From: Eledone cirrhosa
Lineage: Eukaryota
Assembly (NCBI GenBank): GCA_964016885.1
Contig: OZ024741.1
Span: 122,388,001 to 122,452,000, forward strand
Direction: 5' to 3'
DNA length: 64,000 nucleotides
Position numbers and translations under genes: made by a program. How positions within the stretch are numbered: the first letter of the stretch is position 1; every line of letters starts with the position of its first letter. Shown piece after piece: positions 54,543 through 64,000 of this stretch. The notes under the pieces were generated by a model that worked only from the letters and a program-made list of their open reading frames with translations, was not told where the DNA came from and searched no databases.

Positions 54543-54649
54543 GAATAGAATGAAATGAAATTTCATTTCTCACTCTTAGTACGGCACTTACTTAAATGCA
54601 AGTATGTATGTATACGTACATACATATATGCATACAGACGTACAGTAGC

Positions 54650-54688
<39 letters not shown>

Positions 54689-54840
54689 CAGCACACATAT
54701 ATATATATATGTACGTATCAGTTTAGCGGACATTTATTATAATGTCCGTTTTGTCCGTTTGTAAACAAACGGACAGCCTGATTTATGCCGTACGGTGTTA
54801 AGGCAACCACGTCAATTTTTTGTTCAACACTGACACAGGA

Positions 54841-54883
54841 ACGATGTACTAGTTTCAAGCTTGTTAGCTATCGTCAGCACCGT
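54841..54883 (-). ncRNA. Type I hammerhead ribozyme
   Basis: ACGGUG CUGACGA UAGCUAACAAGCUU GAAAC UA GUA/CAUCGU. Confidence 0.9.
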
Positions 54884-55117
54884 ATACCCTTCTGCCAGAT
54901 GGTTGAACGTTCGAAAGTATATACTTTCCTTATGAAAATTAACGGCTGAGCAGCCTAATTTGCATATCGAGTGAGTTCAGTCGGCCAGGCGCACCGAAAA
55001 CGATAAAATGGAATAGAATGAAATGAAATTTCATTTCTCACTCTTAGTACGGCACTTACTTAAATGCAAGTATATATGTATACGTACATACATATATGCA
55101 TACAGATGTACAGTAGC

Positions 55118-55196
<79 letters not shown>

Positions 55197-55345
55197 CAGA
55201 CACACATATATATATGTACGTATCAGTTTAGCAGACATTTATTATAATGTCCGCTTTGTCCGTTTGTAAACAAACGGACAGCCTGATTTATGCCGTTCTG
55301 TGTTAAGGCAACCACGTCACCTTTTTGTTCAACACTGACACAGGA

Positions 55346-55388
55346 ACGATATACTAGTTTCAAGCTTGTTAGCTATCGTCAGCACCGT
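55346..55388 (-). ncRNA. Type I hammerhead ribozyme
   Basis: ACGGUG CUGACGA UAGCUAACAAGCUU GAAAC UA GUA/UAUCGU. Confidence 0.88.
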
Positions 55389-55603
55389 ATACCATTCTGC
55401 CAGATGGTTGAACGTTCGAAAGTATATACTTTCCTTATGAAAATTAACGGCTAAGCAGCCTAATTTGCATATCGAGTGAGTTCAGTCGGTCGGGTGCACC
55501 GAAAACGATAAAATGAAATAGAATGAAATGAAATTTCATTTCTCACTCTTAGTACGGCACTTACTTAAATGCATATATGTATGTACGTATACATACACAC
55601 TTG

Positions 55604-55680
<77 letters not shown>

Positions 55681-57427
55681 TATATATAGTGTATTTTGCA
55701 ATGCACTGTATGCTTAGTTAAAAGCATTTCGAAGACCTTATGCTATTGTTTTAGAGTAGTGACAGACTCACTTACTTTAAAACATTATAATTCCTTATAG
55801 CGCCATTTCATAATTCGATGGACCAGAACTTAAAATCGATACATCTTTATATTTCTTTCGATATCTACATATATCTATTTATTTGAATTATTGTTTCTCT
55901 GGACAAATGTCTATTGAACTTTCTTATTGAGAAGCAAACATATCAGACATAATTGAAATGTTTTGATATTTTATATTTGTATATAAAGGAAAAGGAATGT
56001 TTCTCTTTGTTGAATGTAAGTCACCAATTTAGCGGAGAAGTATTTAGAAGTTGGTAAGGTTGCCACGAGGAACCAGGTTTGGTAGAAAGATATGATAGGA
56101 ATATCGACCACGACTTTAGCTTGTTTTTACATTATTTATTAACAAAGGTTGAGCTGGCATGCCAAGAGAAATTAAACAAACGAATTAAGATTCCAGAAAG
56201 ACACGGGCTACTGACTGAGAGAAGCGTTGCCAGGCCGTGGTTAAATTGTTGTGTTACATATTGGCTAGTGATTTCACGGCGCAAGAAAAATGGTTGTTTA
56301 CCTTAGCACGGTCGAAGCTGCGAGTCAAGGCGTCCTCAAATCTTTGCGGGCTATTTCTCCCTCAGAACGCGTAGGGATACATCCTCTTCTACTGGCGCTG
56401 ATTGGCTGAGCTGAGCCAAATCACGCACAGAGAATGTATGTGAGCCCGCGGAATGTAGGTCACTACATATACAACAGCTCCAGATCCCTTATTTTGTCGA
56501 GTTGCTTTGACTAAAATTTTCGCACCTCTTTCTAGCTGAAATGACGTTCAGTTTTGTTTGAATCTGTAACTTTAGGTTAAACGTTAGTACACCATTCGGC
56601 ATTTTGTATCGAGATGGTTAGCTGAATTCCTTCCAGATATAGAAAGGTATTTTTATTATGTACTATATCGCAACTATATATATATCTATTTCGATTTACA
56701 TAATTGACAAATAGAGCTAATGATTGATTCGCGCCTCCCATAACTTAACCAAAATCGATAGTTGGTGATCGATGATTGATGGCTTAGATCGAGTTTAAGA
56801 TCTGGTACTTCGAATCATGAATTAGCGCTATAAGGGATGATGATTTTTTCCAACTAAAGTACATATTTTTCCTTGATATATATGTGCTTTCATAAGATAT
56901 ATGGCCCTTTCTCTCTATATATATATACTCTTTTGTATATCCACATATATCTCTTTTATATATCTACATATATCTATTACCTTGAAAAATTGAGGTCTGT
57001 ATAAATGTCCGTAGAGCTTTTCTATTGAGAAGCACTAATATCAGACATGATTGATATGTTTTGATACCATAAATATATATATGAATGTATGTATGTTTGT
57101 ATGTATGTATGTATTTTCTCGGTGGAGATTGTGTCGCAGGTAGCGTAATGCGATACGGCTACCATCTATAATGTTTAATTGCGATATATGTGTCTCCTGT
57201 CGGACGAATAAGCAAACCCGGATCACGCAGTGGTAGGTTACTAGGGGAGTTGAACCAATGGGCGACACTGTTATCTCCCAGGAAATCTCTTACACCTCAG
57301 TTAATGTTGTTACGACTTGACAAATTAAGGCCAATTCTTAGATAGCCTAGTCAACAAGGGTGACTGAAAATTCCGAAATAGGTGACTGGCGCGAATAAGA
57401 CCATCAAACATTTATCTATCTATCTTC

Positions 57428-57507
<80 letters not shown>

Positions 57508-57668
57508 TTATCGATCTATCTTCGTATATATATATATATATATACGAAGATAGATAGATAAATGTATATAATAATTTTGGAGTGTTTGATAATCTTATTC
57601 GCGCTAGTCACCTATTTCGGAATTTTCAGTCACCCATGATGACTAGGCTATCTTAGAATTGGCCTTAA

Positions 57669-58137
<469 letters not shown>

Positions 58138-58190
58138 GTGAGGTGTTTTACAAAATGAAAAAAAAACGAGGTGTCCTACATGATTGAAAG

Positions 58191-58407
58191 TATAAGGAAA
58201 AAAGATGAAATCTAAAATGCAACTGGAGTCTTTTTTTTAAAATATATTTATTTGGTTCCTTTATCGGTTTCACAGTCCTTGTGTGTTTCAAAAGTAGAAT
58301 CTCAATTCGACTTTTGAAACACACAAGAACTGCGAAACCGGTAAAGGAACCAAATAAACATATTTAAAAAAAAAGAATCCAGTTGCATTTTAGATTTCAT
58401 CTTTATT

Positions 58408-58414
<7 letters not shown>
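58191..58414. repeat. Fold-back palindrome containing only the 3' half of a hammerhead
   Basis: ~110-bp arms with a short loop at ~58302; the right arm has GAAAC CG GTA (58334-58343), then AATAAA and a tail into (TA)n. Confidence 0.85.
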
Positions 58415-58457
<43 letters not shown>

Positions 58458-58463
58458 CTATAG

Positions 58464-58498
<35 letters not shown>

Positions 58499-58801
58499 AG
58501 AAAAGTGAAGTAGTTTCAGATGTTAAAGTCCTATTATTTTTTGTCCGTCCAGTAGCAGGGATTTCCAGTGTGTGTAATCAATCCCCATGGTAGAGGAAAT
58601 TTCCGGGTGTAGCTGATGGCTGGTTCCTCTCTTCTCCACTATACCATAGAGCGCTCAATGCTTTGGAGCTAATTTCTTAAGGTAAACATTGATGCAATGC
58701 AATTCAAGCACTTAACGTACTTTTTCCACATAGGGGTGACGGAGTATATATCGAATAAGAAAAGCGAAGTAGTTTCAGATGTTAAAGTCCTTAATGATAA
58801 T

Positions 58802-58876
58802 GCTGTGATACATATTTCAATGACGACAGTGGCCAGACCCTTCGGTGTACCCAGTCCTGTGACATCATCAGACAGC
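58802..58876 (-). ncRNA. Type I hammerhead
   Basis: GCUGU CUGAUGA UGUCACAG...CUGUCGUCAUU GAAA UAUGUA UC/ACAGC. Confidence 0.75.
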
Positions 58877-59693
58877 TTCTTACAAAATTGATAATCATTT
58901 TAACCACTTATACCCTCATTTCCATAGTATATGTTTCTCATATATATCTCCTATCTCATTTTGCATCTATGTATTTTTTGTATTTTTTGTATCTTATATT
59001 TTGTATTTTTTGTTTTGATTCATGTGATAGAGATATTAACTATGTATTTGCCTAATTACTACGTTTCATACTGTAATTTACTCTCCGTTCTGCTGTACGA
59101 TACTATCGTTCAATATATGGATAATATATCTGTAATATTGATCCCCCTTTCAAAACTTCTTACTATAATTTAAACATCTCCCTATTTATTAGTTATTATA
59201 TGTACACATTTTTTTTACTTACTTCAATCAAGATTTTAATTTCTAATTTTCACTCATAATTTCCACTGTGAAACCATATTACCTAGAAATAAGTATATAT
59301 TCTCTTAGCGGGTGATGGTCAATTATATTGTCCAAGCGTAATTTAGGGGTAGTATTGAGACCTATTGAAACTCATACTCTCCCACCCCCAAAAGGTTTCG
59401 GCCAACTGCCACTGGCTGGGCGACTAGCAGTAAACTAGAACCGTGTCATATTACAGACCTGGATGGGGTGATTGTTTGGTTGAGAGGGGGGGGGGGGGGG
59501 GCTGCCTAGGCGGGTTTCGTAGAACATTGGGGTAGTTGATGATCAACTTCCTTCGGATTGCGCCTGCGCAGACGGTGGGGGTGAATTGGGACTCACAAGG
59601 GAACGGGCGAAGGATTCAAGAGCACACGCTTTGTCCGTTCCCTTGTCGATTCAATTTGGATTGCCTCGGAAACATAACCTTATTATGTAAGAA

Positions 59694-59768
59694 GCTGTCT
59701 GATGATGTCACGGTACTGGGTATACGGAATCGTGTGGCCACTGTCGTCATTGAAATATGTATCACAGC
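59694..59768 (+). ncRNA. Type I hammerhead
   Basis: GCUGU CUGAUGA UGUCACGGU...ACUGUCGUCAUU GAAA UAUGUA UC/ACAGC. Confidence 0.75.
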
Positions 59769-59941
59769 ATTAACATTAAAGGACTTTAACATCTGAAACT
59801 ACTTCGCTTTTCTTATTCGATATATACTCCGTCGCTCCTATCTGGAAAAAGAGTGCTTGAATTGAATTTCATCAATGTTTACCTTAAGTATATATATATA
59901 TATAGATAACAAATTATTAGGCATAATAAATGAATATGAGT

Positions 59942-60056
59942 TATTCTGATGATTTGATTAGATCGTACCTAGGGACATTGTATTTAAAATTTAGTGACAC
60001 AACCTCAAGTGATTAGCAATTTTTAGACACTCTAATCAATGAAACATTTGTTAATA
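59942..60056 (+). ncRNA. Type I hammerhead with long stem II
   Basis: UAUU CUGAUGA U-UUGAUUAGA...UCUAAUCAA-U GAAAC AUUU GUU/AAUA, then AAUAAA. Confidence 0.75.
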
Positions 60057-60117
60057 CTATAAATAAAACCCTGTTTGTACTGTTGACCATGTTATTCTTC
60101 ACTCTTATACTATATAT

Positions 60118-60180
<63 letters not shown>

Positions 60181-60247
60181 TGCTTGTGTGTGTACGAAAT
60201 AAGTCTTGTCCACAGGGGCATATATATAAAGAAAAAAAGGTGGTGGG

Positions 60248-63200
60248 TCAACTAATTTTCGCCCCTACAGGGGCGAAATATTCGTTTGAAAAATATTTTC
60301 TCCATCGAATTTTTGAAAAAATATCGTAAGAAGTTTGATTGCGTTATGGATTTTGCGTTCAACGATAATGGTGGTGGAGAGTCGGTAAGACTACATAGCT
60401 CGCAGTCAACATCGTCTTCTTCCCTAGATACTATGGAGATGGAAAGACGAAATGAAATTGTAAAAACAAATTCATATCCAAACAACACAAATGACACCAA
60501 ACAGTTCAATGACAACAAAAATAACAACAACAACACCAATAATGATGATAAAAACAACAATGACAACAACAACAAAGAAAAAAATAAAGACAACACCAAT
60601 AACACCAGCATCAAAGACAACAACAACACCAACACCAACACCAAGGAAAATACGAATAATATCAACATCAGTGAAAACAAGAATAACAACAACAATAACA
60701 ACAATAATACCAACACGGATAATTCCACAAAGAAACCAAATCTCCTTTGCACAGACAGTTCAGAAAAAGGAGGAACTGACATATCTCGACATAACAAATG
60801 CCGAACGACTTTTAAAGGACGCTAGGAGATATGTCACTTTCGAAAAAAATGGTGCTTTCAGCATCAATTCTCCGGTAGACATTCGCAAGGAAACTGCTCT
60901 CAAAACGATAGTTTTTAGGACAGTTTCCAATTCTACCCGAAAACCAGTCCAATTGTCACAGAAAGAAATTGACTGGTTTTCAAAAATTCAATGAATAGTA
61001 TTTCATTCATTCAAAGAAGCAAACTCTTTGGGAGTATTTCGGTACTCATGAAGGATCAATTGACGGCCTAAAATTACTCTGTGTCGCCAATTGTATCCAA
61101 CCTGTATACCTTTTTCCCTACATACATGAGAAAAAGGACACAAAAGATTAAAATCACGAGTGTCACACCAAAGGTGAACATATTCTCAAATGTCTCCCCA
61201 CCCCAGACACCCCCATCCCACCAGACCCCACCCCACCAAACATCTCCGTCCCCACACCGCCGGAAACCACCACACACCCAGACAACCCCTCCAACACCCC
61301 CATGGAAATCGTGCAGCCTGGTCCCCAGGAGACGAAGGGTGAGTGATCTCTTTTCCTCTTTTAACTTTTCAGCACCAACATGGCCAATATAAGAGTTGTA
61401 TGTGTGAACGTACGCGACCTGGGGATGCCCTGGAAACAGGGCAAACTCTTAAACGACCTCAGGTCGCACAGCATGGATGTGGTAGCCATTTGCGAGTCCA
61501 TGATCCACAGCGAGCGACAGCCGGCCCCCATCTTCGATGACTTTGAGATCTACGCATCTCTCTGTCAACCGGGGGGTGGGGGCGGAGTTGCCGTTTTGCT
61601 GCGGAAACACCTGGGCCTCGTAACACAGACGGTACATCTGGACACGGAGGGTCGACTGGTGGTCCTAGACGTTGACGGTAGTGAAGGTGGAGCCTTCAGG
61701 CTGGTGGCTGCATATGCCCCATCCGGGACACCACGGCCAGACTTCTTCAAACGTCTAGAGACTTTTCTGGGAACGTCCCGCTCCTTGCTTTTAGTAGGGG
61801 ACTGGAATGGAATCCTAGATGCACATTGGGACTATGTGGGAGCATGTCCCGATAAAGGGGGGTGTAACAGCCTCAAACAGTTAATCGACCGATTTGACCT
61901 GGCCGATAGATATCGACTAGATTTTCCGACTGTGCCACTGTGGACGTGGACTAATCTTAGCGGAACATCTAGATCGTACCTAGATAGGGTTCTAGTTAGA
62001 AATAAGGATAGGGACATGTTAAGCTGTCCACATATGTTCATGGTTGCTTATTCAGATCACAAGCTAGTGACCTGCATGGCCAACCTTGATAGAACCCATA
62101 GACAAGGACCCAGCTACTGGAAGCTGAACTTGTCGTTAACGGCAAGCAAAGCCTACAGTAGATGGGTCCTTGTCTATCGGTTCTACCGTTCCATATTACG
62201 CGATCCATTTGACAGGGATGCCCTCTCTCCTCCCTTCTGTACGTACTAACTCTCGAGCCATTACTGCGGAAGTTGGAGCTATTGCAGGGCATCCCTCTGG
62301 AACCGGGACTGCGGAAAGCGGCGTCGGCCTACGCCGACGACGTGTCAGTAATGGTGTCGAGCGCCTCGCAAATCGAGGAAGTCGGCACCTTACTGAAGGA
62401 ATACGAAAGTTTCACAGGAGCGAAGCTGAACCGGGACAAGTCCATCGGTTTGCAACAAGGATCCTGGAGAGGCAAACCGATGCCTTCCGATGGCGTCGTC
62501 GGACGATGGACGGAAGGACCGGTTAAGCTGCTCGAGGTCTGGTTTGGTCCGGACCTCCAGGTGGAGAAAAACTGGAACGAAGTGACGGCCAAGGTGTTTG
62601 CACTCACCCAGAAGTGGGCCGAGTGCAAACTATCCTTGAAAGGTCGAGCGGAGGTGGCGAACACTTTTATAGCGTCCGCCATCTACTACCGCTTGACCGT
62701 CGTGCCTTGTCCAGCCAAAACGCTCGCCAAAATGGAGCGCGCGCTCTTCCAATTTCTTTGGAAGAGGCGGGCTCCTTTGGTGAGAAGATCCATCTGCTGC
62801 CAACACCCTTCTAACGGAGGGCTGGGGATGCCGTGGTTGACGATGCGCAAACACGCGCTTAGGCTGCGGCATCTCTACGTATTCCTCACCGGACAACCGG
62901 TGTGGGCCCCGTTCGTGAGGCGAGCCTTCCCACGACTCGTCTCTGACCGAGCTGGAGTCCTGGGTCAAGCAAAGATCGAGGAAAATGGGCGACTGGCACA
63001 TCGAATGTGCTTAGGCGCTCACAGCCCTCTGGCAGGCGGACCCGGCGATCAGTGGAGACTCTACTTCGTCATTCTATAGAGGGTTGATCCGCAGCAAGTG
63101 CGACGACGAGCTCGGTGAAACTCTAGGCGTAGAGGAAGATGAACTGGCCAGTCTGTTCGGTACGACCTTCCGCCCGGGACCGATGGACAACTTCCAAAAG

Positions 63201-63947
63201 TCCCTGGCCTGGCAGTGCTACTGAGGAGCTCTACCAGTTCGAGACAAGCTCTACAGACATGTGCGCCTGGGCAGGGACCCTGCAAAAAAGATCTGTCCGA
63301 GGTGCGTGCGTAACGAAGAAACCGTCGCGCACGCATTCATACACTGCCCGGGCGTCACTGACCTGTGGGGCTATGTAGAACGACTATTGTCGCGGGTGGG
63401 ACCAATACGGTTGACCACCGAGTCCATTGTCATGATCAAACCGCCACCCTCCTTCAAAAACGAAGGAGAGGCGGTTTTCCTTTGTGTGATAGCTATGGCG
63501 AAAGAGGTTGTATGGTGGACAAGGTTGAAAGGGCTGAGGTCAGATACTTTTCTCTCCGGCCAACAACTGAATCTTTTTCTCAAATACCACTTTGGAAGAA
63601 GAATCAGGATGGAGAGAGAGGTGCTGTACCCCAGCAAGTTTTATGAAAGGTGGGTGAAAGTGGCGAGAATGGCCCGAGTGAATGGGCCTTCTCTCTATAT
63701 CAGCCTGTAGGTTGAGGAAAAGGAGGAGGAGAGGAAAGGAGTACAAACTCTTCGTACTCCTTGAGATGAGGGTTTCATATTTTTTCGGGGGTATGTGTTA
63801 CCCATATAAACTGTCTCCCTCTATTGGGGAAAATCGACTAATTTTTAAAATTGCATTTGTGATAACATTTTACACGTTTTTATAGTATGTAAACTTCCCC
63901 CTTTGTATTGTCCCCTTCTTTTGTGCCCCTGTGGCTAATAAAGAAAC
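60248..63947 (+). mobile_element. Second L1/Tx1-clade LINE of the same family, with two internal deletions
   Basis: ORF1 remnant with a deletion at ~61185; ORF2 61380-63710 lacks ~1.1 kb at ~62160; AATAAA at ~63937. Confidence 0.9.
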
Positions 63948-63948
63948 A

Positions 63949-64000
<52 letters not shown>
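63948..64000. repeat. (TATC)n directly after the LINE 3' end
   Basis: Read directly from the sequence. Confidence 0.9.

Larger units (their letters stand above)
54536..55600 (-). repeat. Retrozyme-like tandem (~2.2 copies; periods ~468 and ~505 bp), same family as the 17285 array
   Basis: Reverse-complement homology across the monomer; flanked on both sides by (TA)n. Confidence 0.9.
58676..59888. mobile_element. Inverted-repeat element with an HHR in each ~210-bp arm
   Basis: 58676-58884 is the reverse complement of 59685-59888; 58498-58532 duplicates 58757-58791. Confidence 0.8.

Overview
AT-rich eukaryotic (animal) genomic DNA, almost entirely repeats. The tRNA-derived SINE family and the dense (TA)n/(CA)n tracts suggest a cephalopod, probably Octopus (inference). 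There is no intact host gene; one possible signal-peptide first exon lies at 43246-43324. Coding remnants are two decayed L1/Tx1-clade LINEs (about 34.7-40.3 kb and 60.2-63.9 kb), Penelope-like (PLE) GIY-YIG fragments, CR1-like and RTE fragments, a mariner fragment and two Helitrons. The main signal is non-coding. Reading both strands gave more than 30 intact or decayed type I hammerhead ribozyme (HHR) motifs from roughly 15 sequence families. (1) A near-perfect 8-copy array of a ~472-bp monomer (17285-21015) carries one HHR and one ATGCAAAT octamer per unit, with diverged relatives at 27.1 and 54.5 kb that show stem covariation; this is a retrozyme-like family. (2) A recurrent CCGANGA (U4C) core variant appears in 5-6 unrelated families. 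(3) Many HHR elements are inverted (fold-back) insertions in (TA)n, and one arm starts at the predicted cleavage site. Both LINE copies also keep a GTRAGT...polypyrimidine-CAG micro-intron-like spacer over the ORF1 stop, and removing it fuses ORF1 to ORF2 in frame in copy 1. All structures were folded by eye, and element boundaries are approximate.
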